From Pseudomonadota bacterium (lineage in GTDB: Bacteria; Desulfobacterota; Desulfobulbia; Desulfobulbales; SURF-16): a stretch of 64,000 bases of DNA. The notes beneath the pieces were generated by a model. That model was given only the letters and a program-made list of their open reading frames with translations, did not search any database and was not told the DNA's origin. The stretch is taken from assembly GCA_018897105.1 (NCBI GenBank), contig JAHILF010000106.1, positions 56,357-120,356 on the forward strand, given 5' to 3'. Shown in pieces: positions 36,167 through 45,337 of this stretch. Both the position numbers and the translations under genes were made by a program. Numbering within the stretch: the first letter of the stretch is position 1; the number at the start of each line of letters is the position of its first letter.

Positions 36167-36637
36167 CTATGGTCTCAGTTTCATTTCCTGCTCCTGGCCG
36201 CGGATTGCCGCTTTGGCAAGCAATGACAGCTCTTCGGAAAGAAGTTCAAGAACGTCGTCAATGGCCAGGATTCCTTCAAGCCCGCCCTCATCGTTTACCA
36301 CCGGCAGGCGCCGGATGCCCTTGGCCCTCATTTTCTGCAGGGTATCCAGGATGCCGTCATGCACCCCGGCTGTTATCAGACTGTGACTCATGATGTCTCC
36401 GGCGCAGGTGGCATCCAGGCTGACCTCACTGGCAATGATCTCCACCACGATGTCACGGTCGGTGATAATGCCGACGGGAATCGTCATTGCACTGCTCCGG
36501 TCAACCACCACCAGATCTCCCACATGGTATTGCCGCATCAGTTTTGCCGCTTCGACTATCGTTGTCTCTCTTTCGGCAACGACAACTTCCCTGTTACAAA
36601 ATTCTCCGACAGTCATAATCCCCTCCCCATTCGTCAT
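36167..36637 (-). CDS. CBS domain pair protein
   Basis: Two CBS motifs are present (HVGDLVVVD...GIITDRDIV and RRLPVVNDEGGLEGILAIDDV). Confidence 0.85.
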   Translation of the reverse strand: MTNGEGIMTVGEFCNREVVVAERETTIVEAAKLMRQYHVGDLVVVDRSSAMTIPVGIITDRDIVVEIIASEVSLDATCAGDIMSHSLITAGVHDGILDTLQKMRAKGIRRLPVVNDEGGLEGILAIDDVLELLSEELSLLAKAAIRGQEQEMKLRP

Positions 36638-36837
36638 TTGTTCCGTTCTTTTTCATTTTTAAAAAATATTATACTCTCATTCTTGCCTTTGGAAAGAGAG
36701 AGTATTTTTATTTTTATTGATCAGAGAATCATGTGACTGCGATGTTTCTCTTTGCTTTTATTTACTCAGGCTTTATTCTCTGTTAAAGTAAGGCATAGAT
36801 TGGAAAAATTCCCACAATCATTAATCTCGAGCCACCA

Positions 36838-38727
36838 ATGAAAATTAAATTTGCTGATTATATTAAGGAACATGTCATTCTGGGGGACGGTGCCTTCGGC
36901 ACCTATCTCTATGAGAAGGGGATTGATTTCGGCAGAAATATCGACCTGCTTAATCTGAAAAATCCCGAGTTGATCTATTCGGTCCACGAGGAATATATCC
37001 GGGCCGGCAGTCAGCTGATTGAAACAAACACTTTCGGGGCCAACAGCTTCAAACTGCAGAAGGCGGGCAAGGAAGAGCAGGTTGCTGAAATCAATCTGGC
37101 CGGAGCCCGTCTAGCTGTCAAGGCTGCCGGCCATGAGGTGTATGTGGCAGGCTCGGTGGGGCCAACGGGGGTGGAGTTCCCCATGATTACCGGTGAGACC
37201 ACCCATGACGATATCAAAGCGTCTTTTGCCGCGCAGATCAGTGGCCTGGTGGAAGGCGGGGTGGATCTGCTGATTCTTGAAACATTCACTCACCTGGAAG
37301 AGATATTGCTGGCCATTGAGACGGCACGGCAGGTGGGCAGCGGTCTGCCCATTGTCGCCCAGATGGTCTATCCCTCCCAGGGCGGAACGGCCCGGGGGAT
37401 CGATGCGCTGACCTGCGCCAAAGCCGCATTGTCGGCCGGGGCGATGGTGGTGGGCACCAACTGCGGCCGGGGGGTCGACGCCATGGCAACGGCCATTGAC
37501 CATCTCCGGCCCCTGGCTGAAGAGCATGTGCCGCTTTCGGCCTTTCCCAATGCCGGACTGCCGGCGGTCATGGGCCATCGCATGGTCTATCCCGCCCAGC
37601 CATCCTATATGGCCAGGCGGGCGGCGGAGATGCTGAAAATGGGGGTGCGTATCATCGGCGGCTGCTGCGGGACCACCCCGGCCCATATCCATGAGTTCAG
37701 GAAAACACTGAAACTTCGGCATAAAAAAGGGCTGAGCTCAGTCACGGTTGCTGCGTCTCCCCAGGAAACCGCTGCGACGCCTGCTGCCATGAAACAGATC
37801 GGGCGGGGAGGCTTCCTGGACAGTTTGCAGCCGGGCAGACTGCCTGTGCTGGTCGAGCTTGACCCGCCCACCCATCTTGAAATTGATAATGTACTGGTCG
37901 GTGCCCGTTCACTTGCCGCAAGCGGGGTGGATGCCGTAACCCTGGGCGAGAATCCCCTGGCCATCCTGCGGGCCGGCAATATTGCCTTGGCCCATCGCAT
38001 CCGCGAGGAGACCGGGATCCAGGTGGTGCTGCATCAGACCTGCCGTGACCAGAATGCCCTCGGCCTGCAGTCCCATATTATGGCCGCCCATATCCTGGGG
38101 ATCGAGGCCATCCTGGCCGTAACCGGAGACTCTGCCAGTTTAACGGATCAGCCCGGCGTCAGCGGTGTTTTTGATGTCAATTCCCTTGGCCTGATCCGCA
38201 TGATCAGCCAGTTCAACCAGGGACTGAACATGGCTGGACGCTCGATCAAATCGCCCACCCGATTTTCCATTGGCGCGGCCTTCAGTTTCAGCCAGGCTAA
38301 CCCGACGCTGCAGATTTCTCGGCTTGAACGCAAAGCAGCCCAGGGAGCCCATTTTGTCATGACCCAGCCCCTCTTTACCAAAGATGAGGTGGAGGCCATG
38401 GTGGAGCAGACCAGCCACCTTAATTTGCTGATTTTTCCTGGGATTTTTCCTTTGATTTCCGCCCGTAACGCCGATTTTCTCCATAACGAGGTGCCCGGCA
38501 TATCCATTCCGGCGGAGATTCGCAAAAAACTGTGGAGTTACGAGGATGTTGCTGACCAGCGCAAGGCGGCCATGGAGTTCACGGAAAAGCTGGTGGCTGA
38601 TCTCGCCCCTTTTGTCGATGGCCTGTATCTGATCAGTCCTTTGAATAAGTGGGAGATTGCTGAAAGATTTGTCAAACAGATCAGACAGGCCGGCTGGCAG
38701 GGAAGCGGCCGGGCAACTGCCCGATGA
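36838..38727 (+). CDS. Bifunctional homocysteine S-methyltransferase domain / methylenetetrahydrofolate reductase fusion
   Basis: The N-terminal Hcy-binding domain has ILGDGAFGTYL, ETNTFGAN and GGCCGTTP. The C-terminal MTHFR fold has VELDPP, VTLGENPLA and AVTGD. Confidence 0.9.
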   Translation: MKIKFADYIKEHVILGDGAFGTYLYEKGIDFGRNIDLLNLKNPELIYSVHEEYIRAGSQLIETNTFGANSFKLQKAGKEEQVAEINLAGARLAVKAAGHEVYVAGSVGPTGVEFPMITGETTHDDIKASFAAQISGLVEGGVDLLILETFTHLEEILLAIETARQVGSGLPIVAQMVYPSQGGTARGIDALTCAKAALSAGAMVVGTNCGRGVDAMATAIDHLRPLAEEHVPLSAFPNAGLPAVMGHRMVYPAQPSYMARRAAEMLKMGVRIIGGCCGTTPAHIHEFRKTLKLRHKKGLSSVTVAASPQETAATPAAMKQIGRGGFLDSLQPGRLPVLVELDPPTHLEIDNVLVGARSLAASGVDAVTLGENPLAILRAGNIALAHRIREETGIQVVLHQTCRDQNALGLQSHIMAAHILGIEAILAVTGDSASLTDQPGVSGVFDVNSLGLIRMISQFNQGLNMAGRSIKSPTRFSIGAAFSFSQANPTLQISRLERKAAQGAHFVMTQPLFTKDEVEAMVEQTSHLNLLIFPGIFPLISARNADFLHNEVPGISIPAEIRKKLWSYEDVADQRKAAMEFTEKLVADLAPFVDGLYLISPLNKWEIAERFVKQIRQAGWQGSGRATAR

Positions 38728-38829
38728 TTGAATCTTCCCGGCTCCTGTCTGAATAACGCGATCCTTTGGGTAGCGGGGCAGACCATGGCCCGCTGCATTT
38801 GCCAGTAAACTTCGCTATTGCCGGCGGAA

Positions 38830-39426
38830 ATGATGCAGAAGAAAAGAATTCTCGTTGTTGATGACGAGAAGATTATTCTGAGAACCCTGAGCTGGGGCCT
38901 GGGGAATCATGGCTATGTAGTGGACACTGCGGAAAGCGGAGGGGAGGGGCTCGCCAAGCTGCAGCATGGTTCCTACAATCTGCTGATCAGCGATCTGCTC
39001 ATGGACGGGATGAGCGGCATCGACCTGCTGAAAGACGCCAGGGAGATCAATCCGGATATGGCGGTCTGCCTGATCACCGGCTACGCGGATCTTACCTCGG
39101 CTATTGATGCCCTGCGCCTGGGGGCGGATGATTATCTGGTGAAACCCTGCGATATGGATGAGCTGTTGCTCCGCGTGCAGAGTGCCCTGAAAAAGGAGGA
39201 GTTGCGCAAGAAGGTCAGATATTTTGAAAATATCCTGCCGGTTTGTGCTGTCTGCAAAAAGATCAGAGATGATGCCGGCAAAGAGCCTGGGGAAGGTGAG
39301 TGGGTCAGCCTGGAACAGTATCTGCGCCGCAAAACCGGGGTGGAAATACGGCACGCATACTGTGTGAAGTGCGCCCGGCAAGTCAAGGATGGCTCTCAAG
39401 TCAGTGGTGAGGAACCTGCTGGATAG
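38830..39426 (+). CDS. Response regulator (REC) with a C-terminal 4-Cys module
   Basis: The REC domain has ILVVDDEK, LLISDLLMDGMSG and YLVKP. The C-terminal segment PVCAVCKKIRDD...EQYLRRKTGVEIRHAYCVKCARQ lies at 39244-39372. The ATG at 38830 is preferred. Confidence 0.85.
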   Translation: MMQKKRILVVDDEKIILRTLSWGLGNHGYVVDTAESGGEGLAKLQHGSYNLLISDLLMDGMSGIDLLKDAREINPDMAVCLITGYADLTSAIDALRLGADDYLVKPCDMDELLLRVQSALKKEELRKKVRYFENILPVCAVCKKIRDDAGKEPGEGEWVSLEQYLRRKTGVEIRHAYCVKCARQVKDGSQVSGEEPAG

Positions 39427-39799
39427 TTGAGATTTTCTCAAGCAGCTGCGTTTTGAGGTTATGGTCGCTCACTATGCTGATCAGCTCGTCAAGCTCTGCG
39501 TTGATCAGTTGCGGCCGCAGGGTTGCCGGATCCGACAGGTGCCGTGCATCTGCAGATTCCAGCATTTCCATGACAAGAATGTCGCCGGCCAGTTCGAAAT
39601 TTTCCTTGTCCAGCAGCAGGACGGCGGCCCAGAGCAGATGGCGGGCCGGCGGATTGATTTTCGTATCCTGGGGCCAGAACAGATAGGGCTGCCTGAGGAT
39701 AGCCATTTTTTTTACCACTGCCGCCCGCAGACGGGCTTTGAGTGGGGCTGCCTCGGGCAAATGGTTCTGCCGCAGGGCATGAATCATGTCGCTGAACAT
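39401..39799 (-). CDS. Hypothetical protein
   Basis: The 132-aa ORF has helical-looking, non-repetitive composition. It is more protein-like than the overlapping plus-strand ORF. No motif was recognised and the RBS is weak. Its 3' end overlaps the convergent response regulator gene by 26 nt. Confidence 0.4.
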   Translation of the reverse strand: MFSDMIHALRQNHLPEAAPLKARLRAAVVKKMAILRQPYLFWPQDTKINPPARHLLWAAVLLLDKENFELAGDILVMEMLESADARHLSDPATLRPQLINAELDELISIVSDHNLKTQLLEKISTIQQVPHH

Positions 39800-39915
39800 T
39801 TTTGCGCAATCGAGAGTTGTTTTATTGGGTTACCTTTTCTTCCCATAAAGGCATAATCAGCTTTTTTGATTTGAGACTTTTCTTTTAATCCATTTATCCC
39901 GCAAGGAGAACAGTA

Positions 39916-40077
39916 ATGAAATCATTTTTTAAAAAAATGGTCGTGATTGGCGCTTTAATTTCCCTAACCATGGCTCTGGTTGCCTGCAGCGAGGAAGGGA
40001 CTGCGGAAAAGGCCGGCAAGGAGGTTGACAAAACCTTTAATTCGGTCAAGGAAAAGGTCCACGAAGCCACCAAGTAA
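39916..40077 (+). CDS. Small lipoprotein (53 aa), below the ORF-track length cut-off
   Basis: An AAGGAGA RBS at 39903-39909 precedes the ATG at 39916. My own translation is MKSFFKKMVVIGALISLTMALVACSEEGTAEKAGKEVDKTFNSVKEKVHEATK, with lipobox LVAC. The TAA stop is at 40075-40077. Confidence 0.55.
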   Translation: MKSFFKKMVVIGALISLTMALVACSEEGTAEKAGKEVDKTFNSVKEKVHEATK

Positions 40078-40183
40078 TCTTTTTCTCAAGAAGCCGGAAT
40101 GCAGGGTTAAGGCGGGAAAATCAGTTGTGTTGCCTTCCGGTTCCTGGTTTCTGGCCCCGGCCCTTCAGGAAACAGGGGCGGCC

Positions 40184-41737
40184 TCACCCGTCGGGTTTGT
40201 TCTTTCTGTTGTCCAGCCCCAGGTAGAAGTTGAGCCAGGAGGAGCTGTTGTTGAGCAGCCAGTTGCGGGGAGGTTCGAAACCATGCCTGTATTTCTCCGG
40301 GTGCCCTGCCGCGGCAAGGCGTTCATAGGTTTTGACATAGATGCAGCGCTTCTTGCCCGGATAGACCTCGCACCAGCCGTCGCGGCTGCCGCCGCAAGGG
40401 CCGTTCAGCATATATTTGGCGCAGCCTGATTGCGGGCAGAGATAGGCAAGTGAGGCGAGCGTGCAGTCGCCGCAGTCCTGGCAGTCGAACATGAGAAATT
40501 TCGTGATGTGTTCAATGGCGTAAAAGGGACGGCTGAACAGAGAATCATGCAGGGCCAGACAACTCTTGCGGCAGGTTTTGTAAAACGGGCTTTGCGGATC
40601 AAACGCCAGGTTGTGGGCCAGGCGTGACACGGTATAGATGGGGCGCAGCTTTTCATATCCCTGTCCGCAGGTCTTGGTTTCTTCCAGGTTCAGCCCGGTT
40701 TTGCGGTCCTTGCGGTAAAGGTAGAATCCCTCCTCCGGCCAGCAACTCAGCTCAATGATGAGATCCTTAACCTGGTGTTGATATTTTTCCATGCTGCTGA
40801 GCATGAAGTCAAAGTCTGTTATGCTCAGGCCAGGGCCGCCGATGTGGGCCCCGTCATAACCCATGTCCTTCAGCACCGCCAGCAGTTTTGCCGCCCTGGT
40901 CAGACGTGCCAGCTTGCCCCTGTCCGCTGAGTTCGCCTCCTGTTGCATCAGGTTGTACAGCGCCTCAGGGATGATGCAGCCGGGAACGCCTCCTCTGTAC
41001 ATGATTTCGACCAGGGGCATGCTGGGGATGAAAACACTGCCGAGCATCGGCACGTTTAGCTGATGCTGCCGCATATAGAGGAGAACCTCATGGAATTTCC
41101 GGGCGTCAAAGCCGAGCTGGGTGATGACATAATCGGCGCCGGCGGCGATTTTGCGGTGCAGTTTATAGTATTGCATGAGCTGCTCCGCCTCGGTCATCTT
41201 AAACGGTGAGACGGCAACCCCCTTGAAAAAAGAGGTGGCAAAACTCGGTTGATTGAGATAGTGCCCCTTGTTCATCAAATTGAGCATGTCCACCACATGG
41301 ACACTGTCCAGATCAAAAACAGGCTTGGGATGCCCCCTGTACCCCCGTTTCGGATAATCCCCGGAGATGACCAGCAGGTTGTGCAGGCTGAGCCGGTCCC
41401 AGCCGAAGATCTGGCTCTCCATCTCGTTGCGGTTTTTATCCTTGCAGGAAAAATGACTGATGACATCAAGACCCATGTCCAGTATCTCAAGTCCCAGCAC
41501 CTCAGGCGACAGAGCGGGATGGCCGCCGGCATTATCGGTGATGCTTACCGCCTGGATCCTGCCGTCAGTGGCCAGATCGCGGGCCAGGCCCAGAGTCCGG
41601 TCAATTTGTCTGTTTCTGCCGCCCCGGCTTGGCACCAGCTCAAAGGTGATGGTGAATTCAGCCTTGGTGCCCACGGACTGCCTGAAGCAGGACAGGGACT
41701 GCGGCGGGGCAGGTTTGTCTTTACTTTCTGGTGTCAT
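40184..41737 (-). CDS. Methylenetetrahydrofolate reductase fused to a Cys-rich MTHFR C-terminal (MetV-like) domain
   Basis: The N-terminal MetF fold has FELVPSRGG, SITDNAGG, VISGDYP and YVITQLGFD. The C-terminal segment FDCQDCGDCTLASLAYLCPQSGCAKYMLNGPCGG is Cys-rich. Confidence 0.85.
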   Translation of the reverse strand: MTPESKDKPAPPQSLSCFRQSVGTKAEFTITFELVPSRGGRNRQIDRTLGLARDLATDGRIQAVSITDNAGGHPALSPEVLGLEILDMGLDVISHFSCKDKNRNEMESQIFGWDRLSLHNLLVISGDYPKRGYRGHPKPVFDLDSVHVVDMLNLMNKGHYLNQPSFATSFFKGVAVSPFKMTEAEQLMQYYKLHRKIAAGADYVITQLGFDARKFHEVLLYMRQHQLNVPMLGSVFIPSMPLVEIMYRGGVPGCIIPEALYNLMQQEANSADRGKLARLTRAAKLLAVLKDMGYDGAHIGGPGLSITDFDFMLSSMEKYQHQVKDLIIELSCWPEEGFYLYRKDRKTGLNLEETKTCGQGYEKLRPIYTVSRLAHNLAFDPQSPFYKTCRKSCLALHDSLFSRPFYAIEHITKFLMFDCQDCGDCTLASLAYLCPQSGCAKYMLNGPCGGSRDGWCEVYPGKKRCIYVKTYERLAAAGHPEKYRHGFEPPRNWLLNNSSSWLNFYLGLDNRKNKPDG

Positions 41738-41817
41738 GCTGGTTAGATGAAGATCTGGTTAATGATTATCGGTTCAAAATAAATGGTTTGACAGATTGCC
41801 TTTACCCCTACAACTCT

Positions 41818-43059
41818 ATGAAATCTCCAATGCTTCTCATCTTTGTTATCTTTGTCCTGATTAAAGGTATAGAAAATATTGTCGCTTTGGTCAACCTGCG
41901 TCATATCCGGCAGTACGGTCACAGGGTGCCGGAGGGCTTTACCGGTTTTGTCGATGACCAGACCCTTGCCCGCATGCAGGACTATACCATTGAGCATGGC
42001 CGCATCGATCTGCTGTCCTCTGCCCTTGATTTTGTCATCACCATTGTCTTTATCTTCGGCGGGGTGTTGAACTGGTATAACTCGTGGCTGACAGGCCAGG
42101 GATGGCCTTTTGTCGTGACAGGGATCTGTTTTTTTCTTTTTCTTTCCTATGGTAGCTTTCTGGTGCAGATCCCCTTTGATCTGTACAACACCTTTGTCAT
42201 TGAGGAAAAATACGGGTTCAACCGGCAGACATTTGCCCTGTGGCTGGCGGATGCCGCCAAGGGGCTGCTGCTCACCACCGTCATCGCCAGTCTCCTGCTG
42301 TGGGTGGCCTTCCTGATTATTGCCGCCGTGCCGAACTACTGGTGGATTCTGCTGTGGCTCTTCATGCTCTTTTTTAAAGTCTTCATGCTCTACATCTCAC
42401 CCTATGTCATCGAGCCGCTGTTTAACAAATTTACTCCTATAGCGGATAAAAGTCTTGAGGAAAAGATTAAGAACTTGTTGGCCAGGGCGGGGCTGTCCGT
42501 TTCGCGGGTCTTTACCATGGATGCCTCCAGGAGAAGCGGCCACGGCAACGCCTATTTCAGCGGCATCGGCCATGTGAAACGGATTGTGCTGTTTGACACC
42601 CTGCTGGAAAAAAGCAGTGAAGAGGAAATCCTGGGGATTCTGGCCCATGAGGCCGGCCACTGGAAGAAAAAGCATATCCTGAAAAGGCTGGTAGTCATGG
42701 AATGCGTATCCTTTGGTGCTCTTTATCTTGCCTGGTGGTTCCTGCAGAGCGATACCCTGGCGGCAATCTTTCACATCAATGAGCCCACTCTTTACGTCAA
42801 GCTGCTGCTGATCGGCTTCTGCGGCGCGCTTGCCGCTTTTCCCGTCAAACCTCTTTTCAGCTTTACCTCCCGGAAGCATGAGTGGGAGGCGGACCGTTTT
42901 GCCGCCGAGCTGACCGAACATCCCCAGGCCCTGGCCCGCGCCCTGGCCAGACTCGGCCGGGACAACCTGGCCAATCTCCATCCCCATCCCTGGTACATCG
43001 CTCTCCATTACAGCCATCCGCCGCTGCCCCAGCGGGTCAGAAAGCTGCTGGCCGGCTGA
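41818..43059 (+). CDS. M48 family metallopeptidase (Ste24/HtpX-like), multi-TM
   Basis: HEAGHWKKKH provides the HExxH motif. Multiple TM helices are present, and EWEADRFA lies downstream. The ATG at 41818 is preferred over the extended ORF start. Confidence 0.85.
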   Translation: MKSPMLLIFVIFVLIKGIENIVALVNLRHIRQYGHRVPEGFTGFVDDQTLARMQDYTIEHGRIDLLSSALDFVITIVFIFGGVLNWYNSWLTGQGWPFVVTGICFFLFLSYGSFLVQIPFDLYNTFVIEEKYGFNRQTFALWLADAAKGLLLTTVIASLLLWVAFLIIAAVPNYWWILLWLFMLFFKVFMLYISPYVIEPLFNKFTPIADKSLEEKIKNLLARAGLSVSRVFTMDASRRSGHGNAYFSGIGHVKRIVLFDTLLEKSSEEEILGILAHEAGHWKKKHILKRLVVMECVSFGALYLAWWFLQSDTLAAIFHINEPTLYVKLLLIGFCGALAAFPVKPLFSFTSRKHEWEADRFAAELTEHPQALARALARLGRDNLANLHPHPWYIALHYSHPPLPQRVRKLLAG

Positions 43060-43087
43060 CATCTGCGGGTGAAAAGGGAGGGAAAAG

Positions 43088-43741
43088 ATGCAATCACCCT
43101 GGCGTGAGCGATCAGCGGTCTTTCATGACCAGGCCGCGGACTATGATAAGTGGTTTGACGACAGTCTGCTGTTTGCTATTGAACTGGCGGCTGTCAGGGA
43201 ACTGCAGACCCCTCTTGCCGACCCGAAAATTGAGGTGGGAGTAGGGCCGGGTCGCTTTGCCCGGGACTTGCAGGTTCCCATCGGGGTCGATCCGGCCCTG
43301 GCGCCGCTGAAGCTTGCCCAGGCACGAAACATCAAGGTGGTCCAGGCCATCGGCGAGCAGTTGCCCTTTGCCGGAGAAAGTGCAGGGAGTGTCTTTATCC
43401 TGTTCACTCTCTGTTTCCTGGTGGAGCCGGTGCAGGTGCTTAGCGAATGTCACCGCATATTGCGGCCGGGTGGTCATCTGGTACTGGGCATGGTGCCGGC
43501 CGCCGGAGCATGGGGCAAGGCCTTGCAGGCCAAAAAGGAGAAGAACCATCCTTTTTACAGACATGCCTCCTTTTATCAGGCCGGGCAGGTGGCCTCCTGG
43601 CTGCAGGAGGCAGGGTTTGCCGTGAAGGAAAGCCGTTCGTCCCTTTTTCAGGAACCGAAGGAACTGCGCGAGATGGAACATTCCCGGCCTGGTCTTGATG
43701 GAAAGGCCGGATTTTGTCTTCTGGTCGGGGAGAAACGATAA
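43088..43741 (+). CDS. Class I SAM-dependent methyltransferase
   Basis: Motif I is EVGVGPGRFA. The post-I and motif II-III region has LRPGGHLVLG. The size is typical of Methyltransf_11-type enzymes. Confidence 0.8.
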   Translation: MQSPWRERSAVFHDQAADYDKWFDDSLLFAIELAAVRELQTPLADPKIEVGVGPGRFARDLQVPIGVDPALAPLKLAQARNIKVVQAIGEQLPFAGESAGSVFILFTLCFLVEPVQVLSECHRILRPGGHLVLGMVPAAGAWGKALQAKKEKNHPFYRHASFYQAGQVASWLQEAGFAVKESRSSLFQEPKELREMEHSRPGLDGKAGFCLLVGEKR

Positions 43742-43806
43742 AATAGCAGACAAACAGAGAGGGTAAACCGGTCGATTGCGGCACCGGTTGAGCAGGCCGG
43801 TAATTG

Positions 43807-44124
43807 TTATTCTCTGTCCACCCAGTTCTGTCTTTCCTTGAAGAACTCGTAGGCAAAAAATGCTGTGCCGGTGACGATAAGCGCTGAAGCCAGCAGGGCA
43901 GGTATCCAGTTGCTCGACCCCGTCTGTGGCAATGTCATATCTGGCAGGTCACGTTTGCAGTAACGGCATACCAACGCGTTGCTGTAGATTTTCTCTTTGC
44001 AATATGGACAGGTTTGCATGTTCATGTTTTTCAACATATCTTGCTGATTATAGATTGTCAAGTCACTGTTGCCGCAGCTTTCTAATTCATGATAACAGTC
44101 CGGTGTTGCCTGGGAATTTTTCAT
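43807..44124 (-). CDS. Zinc-ribbon membrane protein, hypothetical
   Basis: An AAGGAG RBS is present. CPYCKEKI...CRYCKR is a zinc ribbon, followed by the TM helix WIPALLASALIVTGTAFFAY. It lies 20 nt downstream of the glucosaminidase gene on the same strand. Confidence 0.55.
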   Translation of the reverse strand: MKNSQATPDCYHELESCGNSDLTIYNQQDMLKNMNMQTCPYCKEKIYSNALVCRYCKRDLPDMTLPQTGSSNWIPALLASALIVTGTAFFAYEFFKERQNWVDRE

Positions 44125-44143
44125 TTCTCTCCTTGCTGATTTA

Positions 44144-45127
44144 TCAGTCTTTCATCAGGACGACAGGTCGTCCCTGGGATAATTTTGCCCTGTCGAAAAT
44201 GGTCAGTTTGTTATGGCCGATGATGCCCTGCAGGGTTTCCACATATTCCTGTCTCTTTTCCGAGTAAAATTCCAGGGTAGATAACAAACTGTAGACATCC
44301 AGATCCTCTTTTTGCTCCAGGCGCTGCTCCGCCCTGGCCAGACGGAAATTTCTGTATGCCGTATGGGTGTTGATGTTCATGGCATAGGCCTTGATGGAAT
44401 CAAGCAGGGTCGGGAAGTCGGCAATGCGGTAATCCCCTCTGTCTTCCCGTTGATTTTCCGGCATCATGCCTTCTCCCCCCCAACACCACTGGCCGAAGAG
44501 CGCATTGCCTTCCGTGGCAAAGCGTGAGGTGGCATAACCGCTTTCATAGGCCATCTGGCCCAGGGCTATGGAGACGGGAATGGTGTCAACCCGCAGGAAG
44601 ATCTTTTTAAAAAATTCATCAGTGAGGTCCACCGGCCCGTCTTCCTTCACGACCTTGTAACGCCAGGCAAGATTCTCCAGCCAGGCAAGATCCTCATCGT
44701 CCGGCTGATTCCCTTCCCTGTACTGCTCCTCCAGAACCTGCAGGTATTTTCTTTCCGCGCTGATCTGTTCATTGACTCGGAGCACCAGGGGCAGCATGGT
44801 GCGGTAGAAAAGGCTCTTTTTGCTGGCAACGGGCTGGTCGTCCTCCAAGCTGCTGTAGATGGTGTCCATGTAAATCCGGGGCACTTCAAAGTTGGCGTTT
44901 TCGATTCCGCACCTGGTATAGCCGATGGACTCGTAGTAGTCCCATATCTGCCCTGCCGATTCCAGGGTCAGTTTCTCCGGTTCCTCTTCAGGAACCTCCC
45001 ACGGCCGGTGGGTGATGGGTTGATGCAGGTAAAGATAGCATGCCAGGCTGACAAGAATGACTGCTCCGAGAACCGCCGCGGTGATCAGTGTTTTTTTCAT
45101 AACTTTGGCCTTCTTTCCATGTGACAT
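44144..45127 (-). CDS. Glucosaminidase domain protein (Bax/FlgJ-C-like muramidase family)
   Basis: An N-terminal TM/signal segment is present. ALGQMAYESGYATSRFATEGNALFGQWCW is typical of mannosyl-glycoprotein endo-beta-N-acetylglucosaminidase domains. Confidence 0.8.
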   Translation of the reverse strand: MSHGKKAKVMKKTLITAAVLGAVILVSLACYLYLHQPITHRPWEVPEEEPEKLTLESAGQIWDYYESIGYTRCGIENANFEVPRIYMDTIYSSLEDDQPVASKKSLFYRTMLPLVLRVNEQISAERKYLQVLEEQYREGNQPDDEDLAWLENLAWRYKVVKEDGPVDLTDEFFKKIFLRVDTIPVSIALGQMAYESGYATSRFATEGNALFGQWCWGGEGMMPENQREDRGDYRIADFPTLLDSIKAYAMNINTHTAYRNFRLARAEQRLEQKEDLDVYSLLSTLEFYSEKRQEYVETLQGIIGHNKLTIFDRAKLSQGRPVVLMKD

Positions 45128-45337
45128 CTTTATGATAGACTGAAATTCAGCAAGAAGTGGGCCAGCACGGTGAAATAGCCATTATCAACCGGACGATGAA
45201 AAAGAAATATACTAAATTGTACCCGTATTTGCCGGGCAAGACAAGTAAATCGATGGCATGGGGCAGGCGCGGGGGAGGGATTTGCTGGCAGAATGAACAC
45301 CAGAAAGAAGTGAATCGCAGATAAAAAATTTAGTAAG

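Noticed and set aside
38815-39441. A 208-aa minus-strand ORF almost exactly mirrors the response regulator gene.
   Set aside because: The plus strand has a textbook REC domain (DDEK...SDLLMDG...KP). The mirror ORF has none.
45281-45293. A possible direct repeat flanks the islet: TTTGCTGGCAGAA at 45281-45293 and ATTGCTGGCTGAA at about 51238-51250.
   Set aside because: It is only about 10 of 13 nt identical and could easily arise by chance. No integrase or tRNA supports an att site.
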